A DNA stretch of 64,000 nucleotides. It comes from Mobula hypostoma. Lineage: Eukaryota. The position numbers were made by a program, and so were the translations under genes. The number at the start of each line of letters is the position of its first letter. Within the stretch, counting starts at the first letter, position 1. The notes under the pieces are model-generated. The model searched no databases, had not been told where the DNA came from, and was given only the letters and a program-made list of their open reading frames with translations. This document shows, in pieces, positions 25,483 to 38,520 of the stretch. The stretch covers positions 127,474,001 to 127,538,000 of the forward strand of contig NC_086097.1 of assembly GCF_963921235.1 (NCBI RefSeq), read 5' to 3'.

Positions 25483-28111
25483 ATTACAGGCACCCACCAC
25501 TCTCCGGTTTTAAAAAAATAGTGCCCTGCACATCTTTAAATTTCACCCCACCCTGTAAAGAGAAAAAGGAAATAAAGGTTGTCCTTTAGAGATGCATTTG
25601 TAATTCTTGAACAAAGTATCAAATTATGAGACTTTTCAGGATTTACCTATTTGAGTTCCTTACATTTAAAAAAAATATACCATACAATGGCATTAACCAC
25701 CCTGCCATGCATCCCAAAAATTCATTTTGAATTGGCAACAGCAAAAAAACAAGTTCAGCAATTCTTAGATTAAAATGTTGTAGCCACTACTATTCTCATA
25801 TCAACAATGCTTGCAATTGTTGATTCGGCAAAGGGTATTTTGATTGAGTACTGCCAACAGCCTTGAAGAAGCACGACTAGTTGAAATCTTTGATCATCTT
25901 CCTTCTATCTAAGTAAGCGACACAGTCCTTGTGGGCAATAAAACATGAATGCAAAGTTACCCCAGTCATAATCACAGCTAAAGTTTGGCAAACACATTAT
26001 CGAAATTTGAAAAGGATTTATTTTTGATTGCTTTGAATTGAATGTTTAGTGGCTCTAAAGAGGTTTTGAAGTCAGTCACGACATTAAGACACCTAACCTA
26101 TTACATGTAAACATTTAACAGCATTATTGGAAAGAGTTCCACAGACATTTCAGTACTGTTAATACAAGCTTCTTGAATGTTAAATCAATGGTGACTATAA
26201 ACATAACCTAAAATGTTTTCAAGTTCAAGTTTAAATTATCATTTAACCATACACAAATATCCATTAATACAGCCAAACAAACAGTGTTACTGATGCAAAA
26301 CACAGTACAAACAGTCATACACATCACAAGGCACACACAGCACATATCAGACAGCACTAAAATACAATCACACAAAAAAATAGTCCAGGTCCCCAAGTCC
26401 ATGAATGTTGCAGCAGTCTGCAATTAAACACAATGCATCAACTTCTGGCCAGCGAACACTGGGGAACAGCACCAACTCTGCTGCCTTTCCCTTGGGCAGC
26501 CAGAAGCAAGCAACACTGCAGCTTGAAGCCTAGACCTTGCCATGATCGAGGCCACACAGCTCCCCAGCCGCCCGCCAACAAATCAATGAATCGGACTTGC
26601 AGAAGCCGCTGCATCCGAGATCGTTGCCAACTTACTGGAAGATGTATATTCTCAACCCGTATATGCAAATGTATATGCCTCACTTTATACACGGATTACT
26701 TAACTATTGAGCTGAATCTATTGGGGAATTTTTAAATACAGAGCCTAATTATTTAAATTTGTTTTTGCTGCTAAGAAAACAAAATATTAAGTAGAAACCG
26801 CAGAAGCTAGAAATCTGAAATAACAACATAAAATGCTGGAAATATTCAGCAAGTCACCAGCATTTGGACAGGATGAAACACTTAACATTCCAGGACTAGG
26901 AAACAAAGACTCAAACTTAAGTTGCAGAAAAAAGAAAGGTAGAGAGAACAAATAGAATGCCTGATCAGACAGGATGGTGAAAACTTGCTCACAGGAGCTG
27001 TTCTGTCTGGGGAGATGTAGACAGGAGATGAGTGGATTCACAATAGAAAATAAAGATAGAATTAGAGATACTTTGATGTCAATGGCTAGAAATCTAAAAT
27101 AAAATGGAACTTTGGAAATACCTCTGAGGTATACAGAGAAGAACTAAGTTAATGTCACAATCTTTCATTTGGTCAGCTCAGGTACGAACTGGATAACATT
27201 TATCTGAAATTGTTGAATTCAGTGTAGATTGTAACATGTCCAATGAAATGAGATTGGGCCCTATTAGAACAGTATAACAAGTCAAAAAAAGGCCAGGGAA
27301 TGGATGGAACATTTAGATGATGAGTAACTGGAAGTCAGGAGTTATAGAGTGAATGGAGATGTCTGGTAATGCAGTCACCCAGTTTACAACAGGTTTCACA
27401 AATGTGGAGACCATGTCGTGCGTAGAGAATGCAGTACACAAAAGTGAATGTACAAGTCAATTGTTGCATCAAAATATTATGTATGGAACCTCACGTTCTT
27501 TATAGATATAATAAGTGCCACAACTTCAATCTCCACCAATCATTCTACATTCTTCCAACCTAAATAATAACGTTCCAGAAATATCCTAAAAGTAAATCAA
27601 TGTCTGCATGTTTCTGTCCAAATATGGTTAAAACAAGGATGAAGGTAATCAACTTAACTTGAGAATGAGTGGATAGAGTTGATGCAACATTTGTGAATGT
27701 GGACTGGCTTATGAATTACTATACTTACTGTGATTTTCTGTAGTAATTCCCTTCCAAATTTAGGATAGTTGGTCCTGGGTCAAAACTTTAAGGGTTTGCA
27801 TAGAAATTTTAAAATTTACAGTTTGAGAGCACTGTTCACTTACATGCAAAGAGAAAGTAGACTATTCAAAAGATAAAACAGAAGCCATTAAATGCACCTT
27901 GTTACATATCCACCGGATTCTTCGATACATTTTACTGCATTGAAACACAAAGGTGTATGACATTTTATCATCTTTTCTGATTAAAAAAAACTTTCAATTG
28001 ACCTTTATGCTGTTGGAATTAACCATCTTTCATAGCAATTAAACAGGATCCATATATCCTATTCAGAGAAAGTGCAAGAGATAACTTTCCAAGGTTCTAC
28101 AAATCACTTAC

Positions 28112-28207
28112 CACAATAGGATGAAGACCATTGTACAACATGATATCTGCTAAAGTGAAGCTGTTTCCTGCCAGATAAACCTTATCCTCAAGGTAGCAAT
28201 TGAGTTC
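28112..28207 (-). CDS. EEF1E1: EEF1E1 exon 3 (96 nt), ELNCYLEDKVYLAGNSFTLADIMLYNGLHPIV
   Basis: Matches DLNSYLEDKVYLTGYNFTLADILLYYGLH; polypyrimidine-cag acceptor and GTAAGT donor. Confidence 0.97.
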
Positions 28208-28879
28208 CTGCAGGGACAAAAACAAAAAGAGAACCTGTATATATTTTACTTTACCTATGTTAAAAGTTACTCTGGAGACATACAAATATTTCTAAATAAG
28301 GAACTACAGTCATTAGGGTTTTTTTCAAGTTGTGAGTACAGCCAGGTTCTGAGTAAGAGGTCCAATATTTGCACCAGCAATACAAGGTTTGTGCAATGAT
28401 ACAAAATACAATAGCTCCATAAATTAATAGGTATTTAATAGGGATTCTTGTGTTGAGAACTGTCATAAATACAGGGAGAACTGTAATTACCATACTATCT
28501 TAAATTACCTTAGGTAAAATCACTTAGTCTTAATGCTCTTTGAAAGTTACACAGAAGAAGTGACCATTGAGCTAATTATAGGCAAATGATAAATTGTACT
28601 CTTGCAACACTGATAAAATATACTTGGAAGGGCATCTTCATACTCAATGATATATTCTCTTGGCACATGATGACAACAATCAGGAAGCTGCTCATGATAG
28701 CATTGTCTGTAGCACTGACCATTTAATGCGAACTCAGTTAGAAAGCAACAGTCAACATTAACACAGGCAATTAAGCAGTATAGCAATGTTCAACCTTGTG
28801 AAAAATAAAATGTTTGTTTCTTGTCTTGTTCAGATGACATGTCATATTTTATTTACAAAGAAAATATGAACTTAACCCA

Positions 28880-30040
28880 CCACTGGACATCCTGAACAAT
28901 ACAAACACCTACGTTAGGATGCTGTTCGTCGATTATTGCTCAGCATTTAACACCATCATTCCCACGATCCTGATTGATAAAGTTACAGAACCTGTGCCCC
29001 TGTACCTCCCTCTGCAATTGGATCCTCGACTTCCTAAATGGAAGACCACAATCTATGTGGATTGGTGATAACATCTCCTCCTCGCTGACGATCAACACTG
29101 GTGCACCTCAGGGATGTGTGCTGAGCCCACTGTTCTACTCTCTATACACACATGACTGTGTGGCTAGGCATAGCTCAAATATCAACTATAAGTTTGCTGA
29201 AGATACAACTATTGGTTGAATATCAGATGGAGATGAGAGGGCGTACAGAAGCAAGATACACCACCTAGTGGAGTACTGTTGCAACAACAACCTTGCACTC
29301 AATGTCAGTAAGACGAAGGAACACATACATACCAATCCTCACAGAGGGATCAGAAGTGGAGAGAGTGAGCAGTTTCAAGTTCCTGGATGTTAAGATCTTG
29401 GAGGACCTAACCTGGTCCCAACATATCTATGTAGCTATAAAGAAGGCAAAACAGCAACTATACTTCATTATGAGTTTGAAGAGATTTGGAATGTTGACAA
29501 AAACACTCAAAAAGTTCTATAGATGTCTTGACTGGCTGCATCACTGTCTGATATGGGGGAAGGGGCTACTGCACAGGACTGAAAGAAGCTGCAGAGGGTC
29601 ATAAATTTAGTTGGCCCATTCTTGGGTACTAGTCTACAAAGTACCCAGGACATCTTCAAGGAACAGTGTCTCAGAAAGGCAGCATCCATTATTAAGGACC
29701 ACCAACACCCTTCCCCCCCCCCCCCACCTATGGCATGCCCTTTTCTCACTGTTACTGTCAGGAAGGAGGTACAGAAGCCTGAAGGCACACAATCAGTGAT
29801 TCAGGAACAGCTTCTTCCCCTCTGCCATCCGATTCCTAAATACCGTGAACACTACCTCACTTTTTAAAATATATATTATTTCTATTTTTGCATAATCTTT
29901 AATCTATTCAATAGACATATACTGTAATTTAATAATTTATTTATTTTTCTTTCTATATTATGTATTGCATTGAACTGCTGCTGCTAAGTTAACAAATCTC
30001 ATGACGCTTGCCGGTGACAATAGACCTGATTCTGATTCGG
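28880..30040 (+). mobile_element. Rex1/Babar LINE fragment
   Basis: [20 protein letters not shown]...KFAEDTT; tail cctgattctgatt. Confidence 0.85.
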
Positions 30041-30073
30041 AGTCACTTTTCAAAACAAAATCCATAATATAAA

Positions 30074-32200
30074 TGTAACTCGCTCACTGGGGCTTGTAAC
30101 AAAATTGGCTCATTAGCTAACTCTGGCTACCAGCCATGGGGACTCAGCATCCTATGGTACCAGTGAGAAGGCCATCTTCAATAAGCAACACACGTCAAGT
30201 GGGAAGGATTCGGGTTCAAACAAACAGGAACATTGGAATGTTCCGATGAGGGAATGATAATTGTGCTGAATGCTGTGCAAATACTACCCTATACAAAGTT
30301 ATCATTCACCAGGAAATAACAGATCGTATACCAGCATACAATTAAAGTGGAAGCATATTTACAGATATTTCAACTTTAACAGTTAATAGGGAAAAAAAGG
30401 GCCCATTACAGTTACACCAGTCTAAGCATGCATATAAACATTGGAGCTCGTTTCTGGAGTAGTCAAGATGCTGTGCTTTGATTATTCGTGCACTGAACCC
30501 ACACTCCGTGTGAAAGACACCGGCTACAGTTTGAACTTCCCTCAAAGAGCATTGCGAACGAACAGGCTAACTCAGGAGTATAGCCACTTCCTCCTTGGAA
30601 TCATTCGCCTGCACAAAGCACTTCTTACAATAGGGTCTCCCCTTCGGGTGGGATCCTCTGAGCATTGTCCCTTATGCTCCACCTCGCAGCTCCTCCCAGA
30701 AGACCTGAAACCAGACTACTGACCTTCACAAATCTGATCCCACCCAGTTCTTTCGAATGCTCCATGGCACCCCCACCCCCCACTGATTGACAACATTCCC
30801 AGGCTGAGCAAACGCTCACTATCTCAGCTAAAGTCAAAACACTAGTCTATGAAGTTTAGCTAACAGAATACATTGTGTTTGCAGAAAACTGCTGAAATAA
30901 AATGCCCAACAGCATAGCAATACAAATACAATATTAAACAGGGCATTACATTCTCCCCTACCAAAAATAGTCACGTCCTTATGACTTTGTATGTTTTTGG
31001 AACTCCGCAATCCATTATTAATAACACAGTATTCAAATGAATTTCATGATCTCAGGACCCCCAATCTATTTGTAAATGGAAGCAACACATCGCACTATTG
31101 GGATGGACGCAGTATTCTGTTTCCCAGGTGCATCATATGCCAGCTCATGTGGGGATTTCCTGACTTTCTGAGGTCTCCTTATCTCATCTTCAGTTTCTTC
31201 AGCCTCAATCACTCCTTGTGACTGTTCCTGTTAACTTCGGGATGCCTCCCAGTCTACCACTCGTATCTTCCAGTGTCTCAGCTAATCCTGGCCCCTGACT
31301 GAATTCAGCTTCCTTCAGTTTAAGCAAGTGCTGACAAACATCTTCAACCTCCGTTGGTGCTAACTGGTGAGACCTCACTTGGAAAGGGGGTGTCCTCTGT
31401 AACTTTAGCTACTCCTCCAGGACTCAACATGACTGGTTTAGACTGGGTGTACTACGCAGTTCATAACTTACGTTCATCACTCTGCTTAGGAGGAACTTGC
31501 ACCTTCTCAAAAGCAGCTCTGAACACTGGGTGAATGGACAAGGTTTTCAAAAAAATCTCTCCATTTCACTCCTTGCATGCTTCAATGAGCCTTCTAACAC
31601 TGGGAGTATTTGTTCCCACAAAAATGGAAGCTTCACTCTTTTCAGCGGCCGGACCCTTTAGACTTTCTCCCAGGCTCTGTTTTCTCATATTATCTGAGCA
31701 CTGCCATTCATCCAGTAACTGAGATGTCTACTAGCCCAAGCCTCATTCTCTTTCCCCATAGGGTGTGGGTTTGACTCCAGAAAAGATTCTCAGCCTACGA
31801 TAACTTTTGGCTCTCCGGAGGTATTTGGTATTTATCAACCGGTGATGTGATAGCCAAAACTAGCTTAGTACTTAAACCAAAAGCTGAAGGACTTTTCACA
31901 CCAAAGTCTTCCCCTCACTGCACAGAAAAGAGAACTTATCTTCAAAATCTTCACCCTTAGCTACATTCTTGCCAACTCTAGAGATATGAACTCCCACCTC
32001 TCTAGGTACCCCTATCCTATAGGGCAGCGTGACTTCAGTCACGTCACTGGAAACGTTATTGCACCCGACCTTAATTATACTTAATCAATCCTTATATAGC
32101 TTTCCAATCTGGACAAATCCCCCAAAAAGTAACCCTCTCACCGGGGCTCGTAACTTGGGTCATTAGCTAACTCTGGTTAACAGTCACCAGACTCACAAGC
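30074..32200 (-). mobile_element. Decayed LTR (Gypsy-like) element remnant
   Basis: Direct repeat ...tcattagctaactctgg... at about 30075-30146 and 32130-32195; PPT-like purine run next to TGTAA on the minus strand at about 30947-30960. Confidence 0.5.
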
Positions 32201-32284
32201 AGGTGTTTGCGAAGAAAAAGCTTTGCTTTTCAGGATGTATGTTGTATACATTTCTCTAACATTAAATTGTACCTCTGAACCTTT

Positions 32285-32680
32285 GAAAGCGAAGTGGGGG
32301 AAAGAGAAGGGAAAGTTGAGTTTGGAGGTAGGATAACGTTAAATATGGTGGAAATTGCAGAAAATGATGCATTGGAAGCACAGGTTATGGGGTGGTAGGT
32401 GAGAACAAAAGGAAATCTATCCTTGTCAAGGTGGCGGGAGGATGGGGTAATGGAAAATGGAGGAGACGTGGGTGAGGGCAGCATCAATGGTGGAGAAGGG
32501 AAACTTTGTTCATTGATGGAGGTCAGTTCTGATGTCACGAAAAAGAAAGCCTCAATCTGGGAACAGATGTGGCGGAGATGAAGGAACTGAGAAGAGGGAA
32601 TAGCATTTTTACAGGAGACAGGTTGGGAAGAGGCAACGTCAAGATAGCTGTGGGAATTGGTATATTTATAAAAAGATATT
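32285..32680 (-). mobile_element. Decayed Penelope RT C-terminal fragment
   Basis: SHSYLDVASSQPVSCKNAIPSSQFLHLRHICSQ, homologous to the young element. Confidence 0.8.
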
Positions 32681-34090
32681 TTTATAACCATGGTGGTGTC
32701 CTTCTTCCCTTTGAAAATTTCTTCTTATTTGGAATATGTCTTGCACTACCCTTATTTTTCGCAAAAACTCCAGCCATTGCTGCTCTGCTGTCCTTCCTGC
32801 AAATGTCCCTTTCCAGTCAATTTCCGCCAGTTCCCTCCTCATGCCATTGTAATTTCCTTTATTCCACTGAAATACTGACACATTGGATTTTATTTTTTCC
32901 CTCTCAAATTTCAATGTGAACTCGATCATATTGTGTGAACTGTTCCCCAAGGGTTCCTGAACCATAAGTTCTTTTATCACCTCCAGACCATTGCACAACA
33001 CCCAATCCAGCATTGCCGATCCCCTAGTGGGCTCAACAACAAGCTGTTCTAAAAAGCCATCTCTTAGGCATTCTACAAATTCTCTCGAGGTCCAGTACTG
33101 ACCTGGTTTTCCCAATCCACTTTCATGTTAAAATCCCCAATGATTATCATGACATTGCCTTTCTGACGTGCCTTTTCTATCTCCTACTGTAAATTATAAT
33201 CCACATCCCGGCTGTTGTTTGGAGGCCTGTATACAACTGCCATTAGGGTTCTTTTACCCTTGCCATTTCTTAACTCAACCCATACAGACTCTACACCTTC
33301 CAATCCTATGTCATCTCTTTCCAATGATTTAATATTATTTCTTGTACACAGAGCCACACCACCCCCTCTGCCTACTAACCTATATTTCCGATACATCGTA
33401 TATCCTTGGGCGTTCAGCTCCCAATGGCAGCCATCCTTTAGTCATGTTTCAGAGATGGCCACAACGTCATATTTGCCATCTGTAGCTGAATTTCAAGATC
33501 ATTCATTTCACTCCTTATGCTGCGTGCATTCAAATACAACACCCTCAGTCCAGTATTTGTTGCTTTCTGTTTTAACTGCACCACGCCTTTATTGCTCTGT
33601 AACTCATGACACTGGCTTTGATTAAGCCTCATCTCCTGCCTGTTCTTTCTATAATCTCTGTTGCATGCTATCTTTGATTTATTTGTTTTCCCCTTCCTCA
33701 GCCCTATCATTCCGGTTCCCATCCCCCATCCAAATTAGTTTAAATCCTCCCTAACAGCTCTCTTAAATGTGACTGCTAGGATACTGGCATCTCTTTGAGT
33801 TCAGGTGTAACCTGTCCTTTTTGTACAGGTCGTACCTCCCCCAGAAGAGGCCCCAGTGATCCAGAAATTTGAAGCCCTGCCCCCCTACACCTTACATCAG
33901 TCTCTCAGCCACACATGAATACATTGATCATGCTATTCTTGCACTTGCTAGCACATGGCACAGGCAGCAATCCTGAGATTACTACCCTAGAGACCCTACC
34001 TTTCAGCTTCCTCCCTAACTCCCTGAATTCTCTCTTCAGGACCTCCTCCCTTTTTTTTTAACCTATGTTATTGGTGTACCAAGACTTCTG
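32680..34090 (-). mobile_element. CR1 LINE 5'/endonuclease part
   Basis: LRVLYLNARSIR, GRGGGVAL, VVYRPPN, EPTRGSAMLDWVL. Confidence 0.88.
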
Positions 34091-34328
34091 GCTGTATATA
34101 GGTACATTTGCAATAATGGCACAGGAGAGGCCAGATGAAAAAAAAAGATTAAGCTCAGACCATACCCCAAGATTGCCACTTACTACTTCAGACCTTGACC
34201 TCCTGGGCACAAATTACATATAACTTTGGAAGGTCAACGAGACATTGGGCAACACAGCTCATAAATGAAAATAATAAGCAGTAAACCTTTCATTCAGCTA
34301 CCCCACAGGAAATTAAATTAACCCATAC

Positions 34329-34529
34329 CTTTAAAATCATTTTTTTATCATCTTGAGTGGTACATTTGTCTACTTGAGTTACTCTATATTCAAGCCACTG
34401 CTGAACAACAGCACACTTCTCAGGGGTGGTCCCCAGTAGTTCCTCTCTTTTAGCTGCTTTTACCAGATGAGACGCGATGGTTATCAACCCCTCTAAACAA
34501 GGTCCATTATTTGTCTGCAGCACTGGAAC
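34329..34529 (-). CDS. EEF1E1: EEF1E1 exon 2 (201 nt), VPVLQTNNGP...QQWLEYRVTQVD...MILK
   Basis: Strong similarity to the EEF1E1 GST-like domain; ttgcag acceptor and GTATGG donor; phase 0/0. Confidence 0.97.
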
Positions 34530-34883
34530 CTGCAAAGTCAGAAAAAGATTATTTAACAAGCCATGCTCCTATAGTGTATTGTATAAACATTTATAAACTG
34601 TAAACCAATGGATGGGCTACTCAAGAAAATAGCTGTACATAATACTTTATTGATCAAATATTTATCAGTTTTTAGGTATAGCGGCTGGGTGGACTAGTGA
34701 GCCCATCAAATGGGATTTTGCTTTTAATATGTGCACTGGCTGTTTTAACAGCTTCAGATTACCCTCGTACCTATAGACCGTCAGAAGAAAAGTAAGTCAA
34801 CACAAAACAAATGATATTATCCTAGGCTCCTGAACAGCATGAAAAATTTTACTTGCCTCAACGTTAAACTGACTCCATAATCT

Positions 34884-35075
34884 GTTGCAAACACGAGGAA
34901 ATCTGCAGATGCTGGAAATACAAGCAACACACATCAAAGTTGCAGGTGAACGCAGCAGTCCAGGCAGCATCTCTAGGAAGAGGTACAGTCGACGTTTCGG
35001 GCCGAAACGTCGACTGTACCTCTTCCTAGAGATGCTGCCTGGACTGCTGCGTTCACCAGCAACTTTTATGTGTGT
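34884..35075 (-). mobile_element. Miniature fold-back Penelope insertion (tail plus palindrome) in EEF1E1 intron 1
   Basis: TSD TCCATAATCT at 34874-34883 and 35076-35085; arms of about 75 bp around a 1-nt centre at 35001; homologous to 1237-1350. Confidence 0.9.
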
Positions 35076-35934
35076 TCCATAATCTATCGATTCACTTTCA
35101 AGGACTCTACAACTCACGTTCTTGTTTAAAATTATTTATTTATTTATTATTGGCACGATTTGTCTTCATTTGCACATGGGAATTTGTTAGTCTTTGTTAT
35201 GTACAGCTTTTCATAAAGTTTATCATGTTTATTTTCTTGTAAATGTCTGCGAGAAAATGAATCTCAGGTAATATATGGTGACACATACATATTTTGATAA
35301 TAAATTTACTGAACTTTGAATAATTGTTTATCTCTTTTCTTGATCAGCTTGTATATCTAAACTTCAGGGAGGTTTGCAGGAAGAAGTCAACCAGTGTGAT
35401 AAAGTGTAAAAGCTTTTCCCACTTTTATTCCCCTCCAGCAAAAACAAAAGCTGTAATTCCAAGTGGTATCTTTTAAAAATGTAGTTTAAATGATAATTTC
35501 AAATTGGGGAAGATCCAAGTGTGTACCTTAGTGTGTAGAGGTGGGGCAGGGCTTGGTGGTGGGAGTTGGGACAAATGTGGGGAGCAAAAAAGAACAGTAA
35601 TGTGTCAATAGGTGCTTGATAGTATGTGTGGACTCAGTGGGCCAAAGGGTCTATTTCTGTGCTCTGATCAATCTCTATACTTGCTCTGTACATTCTGCTA
35701 GTATACAATTATCTTTAATGAGAGTTGGTCACTGGGTCCCAGATCAGAAAATTGCAGTTCACTAACCTGCAGAGCAGGTCAAAGCAGTTAGCACCGTACA
35801 CCCACGGCTGCTCTGAAAATACTGGTGGCTGAACTCCATAGATGGTCTTGCAGAGTTAACGAGAATGCAGAGGAAGGAATTGGCAACACAAAAAGGGTGT
35901 TGTCACAATTTCACGGGAAGGGGGTCAGGCAAGT

Positions 35935-36555
35935 TTAGGATCTTGGGGTCCATGTCCATAGATCCTTCAAAGTTGCCACCGAAGTTGACAGGGTTAGTTA
36001 AGAAGGCATATGGTGTGTTGGTCTTCAATAGTCGGGGGATTGAGTTCAAAAGCCGTGAGGTAATATTGCAGCTCCACTATACCCCAGCACCAGGGTATAA
36101 TACCCTGGTTAGACCACACTGGGAATATTAGACCATTAGATATAGGAGCAGTATGGGGGTGGGTGTCAGGGGCTGCTTTTCCCTTCAGAGCGAACGAGGA
36201 TGAGGAAGAGACGTTATAGATGTGTACATGATGATAAGAGGCATAGATCAAGTGGATAGGCAGAGACATTTTCCCAGGGTAGAAGTGGCTAATATTCGGG
36301 GATATAATTGAACAGAATATGGGGGTGGGTGTCAGAGGCTGTGTTTTTGTTTGTTAAACACAGTGGTGGGTGCATGAACACCCTGCCATGGCTGCTGGCT
36401 GAAGCAGATACATTAGGCACATTTAAGAAACTCTGAGATAGGCACAGGGATGATAGAAAATGGAGGGCTATGTAGGACAGAAGGGTTAGATTGATCATAG
36501 AGTAGATAATGTTAGTACATCACTGTCATCCAAAGTTGTAACTTTCTATATTCTA
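35935..36555 (+). mobile_element. Rearranged CR1 3' fragment
   Basis: VKKAYGVLVFNSRGIEFKSREVILQ. Confidence 0.75.
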
Positions 36556-38301
36556 AAGATGTGAAATCATCAGGATTTGTTGTCATTCAGAGATCAATAT
36601 GTTAAAAAAATCTGCTTTTAAGGAGATGCCAGAGGTTTCAGAAGTGATCAATGGAAAATATCACCTATCCTTATAGCAACTCTTAAAAAGCCAAATCACT
36701 TCCCTGATTAACTCTACCCATATGTCTTAGCAAAGGATCTACAAGGATGCAACAGGATCTAAAAGGATGAGGATGACAGGATAGGTTCATAGCACCGTAG
36801 GCTTAGGATGACACAAGTCTTCTACTCCATGATCAACCCCCTTTGAAATACACCAGCCTTTAGATTGCGACAGATGGAACTGTACACCTAAAGCTGCTCA
36901 CACTCAATTAATATAGATGCTGGGGCAACCTCATTGGAGTGGGGCAATGACATCATCATATGGCATATCGCTGATGCAATGCCCCCTCAACCCAACATCC
37001 TGTCATGTTTTGAAAGAAAGCAAGAATCGAGACATTCTGAAACTTTACAAATTGATGCAAGTAATTTATAAGTTTAAAAAAGTTGATGAGAAACATTTCA
37101 ATTAATCTGCCTCACCCTCTGACCCTTCATCCATAGTTAGGGAATACAGTCCCCAATCCTACATGGGTCTGACCTGAAGTGTGATCAAAGAGAATAGTTG
37201 CTCCCTGCAGTCTAGCAGCAATGTTTATGAAAGATTTGTTGTCATATATCACTCTCCAAACCATCAGGACATCATGCTAGTGATTTTCTTCAGAGCCGTC
37301 AGGAACAGCTGGAGAATCTTCTCCACAGACTTGAAACATCCTATTCACTTTATTTAACCTCTTGCTGTTCTAAACTTAAGTCTCAAACGTATTAGATTAC
37401 GCTTGAAGAAACAGGCTGATTACTCACAACTGCAGAATCATTTTGTTGTTCACTTCCTTACCAGAGCAGCAATAGCATCATGATTTGTGACTGCAGTTAC
37501 ATGACGTTCCAGAGGCAAGGTCTGACTAAAGCCTTCAGAGCATTAACCGAAAGACCTGAGTCAGTGGTAACAATATTACTTCCAAATCACTGCTAACTAC
37601 TATAGATTTTAAAATCTCATACACATTACACTATCATTTAAACCCTCACCATCTCAGCCCAACATTACCTGACCAAGAAAGATCTACTTAGACAAATTCC
37701 ATTGACCAGTCCTCGGTCCACAACATACATGTTAAGCCACTCCAAATACGCACCCAAATTTAAAGGTTTCCTCAACTACCACCGTTTAAAGTTACAAATT
37801 CCAGAAGACCAGAAGGAGCGAGTGACAGCAGGGAAGCGATGGGGAAGAGGGGTCAGCCAGGTGACAGAACGCGAAGGGGTGGGGAAAGGGAGCCGAGGGT
37901 GAGATGGGGGAAAGTGAAGGGAAGGGGAGGGGAGGGGGGGGAGGAGAGGAAGGGACGGTTAATAGGAGGGAAAGGGGAGGTAAAGGTTGAAGAAGAGGAA
38001 GGGAAGTGCACCAGTACAGAATGAGAAAGTGGCGCGGTGCCGGGAGGGTGATGCAAGAGTTGGGTGACCAGAGTTGTTCGTCCCTTCCCTCGGTCACCCT
38101 GCATCCATCCATCCATCCATCCACTCACTCACTCGCACTCCCACCATCATACGCGACCTGACCGATTGACTGGCTGACTCACTCACCCCTTCCTTACCCT
38201 CCCTTCCCCATTCCCCCCCCCCCACCGCCACTCTTTTCCGATTCCCTCACTCACGTATCACCGACCCACAACCACCCTCCCCGACCCACTCCTTCACTGA
38301 C

Positions 38302-38358
38302 CCTCCTCAGCCCCAGCGTCTTTTCCAGCGACGATAACTCCACCGCCGGTGACACCAT
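38302..38358 (-). CDS. EEF1E1: EEF1E1 (AIMP3/p18) coding exon 1, MVSPAVELSSLEKTLGLRR; donor boundary tentative
   Basis: Translation matches the recalled EEF1E1 N-terminus (AELSLLEKSLGL). A phase-0 GTCAGT donor at 38301 is compatible with exon 2. It sits in CpG-rich sequence. Confidence 0.8.
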
Positions 38359-38520
38359 CTTTCAGCCTCTAAATGAACGCCGCTCTTATTGGCCGAGCCG
38401 TTGCGGCCGGCCGGCAATCACTGGGACTTGCAATTGGCTCGGGCGCAGGCGGTGACGGACAAAGCCCCGCCCCCCGGATTTGGGCATCTGCAGCACCGCC
38501 TGCGGAGTCTGCGGGAACTG
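38359..38520 (-). promoter_or_regulatory. EEF1E1 CpG-rich promoter/5'UTR
   Basis: CpG-dense, with CCAAT boxes on the minus strand (attgg at about 38388 and 38433) and a GC box (gccccgccccc at about 38464) just upstream of the ATG. Confidence 0.7.

Noticed and set aside
25174..25521. Repetitive His-rich, Thr-rich and Val-rich ORFs
   Set aside because: Artefacts of the 42-bp tandem repeat.
25770..25900. Hairpin ATCAACAAT/ATTGTTGAT followed by ACA on the minus strand in EEF1E1 intron 3, as a possible H/ACA or scaRNA (I recall an scaRNA hosted in human EEF1E1)
   Set aside because: No convincing two-hairpin structure or H box; an Infernal search would be required.
34797..35117. Near-identical peptides on both strands
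   Set aside because: Consequence of the DNA palindrome, not coding.
35767..35812. 46-nt segment with a good acceptor and donor on the minus strand in EEF1E1 intron 1
   Set aside because: It is not frame-preserving and shows no similarity to the missing EEF1E1 peptide.
36089..36109. 21-bp palindrome ACCAGGGTAT-A-ATACCCTGGT
   Set aside because: A local inverted duplication inside a decayed CR1; no sign of function.
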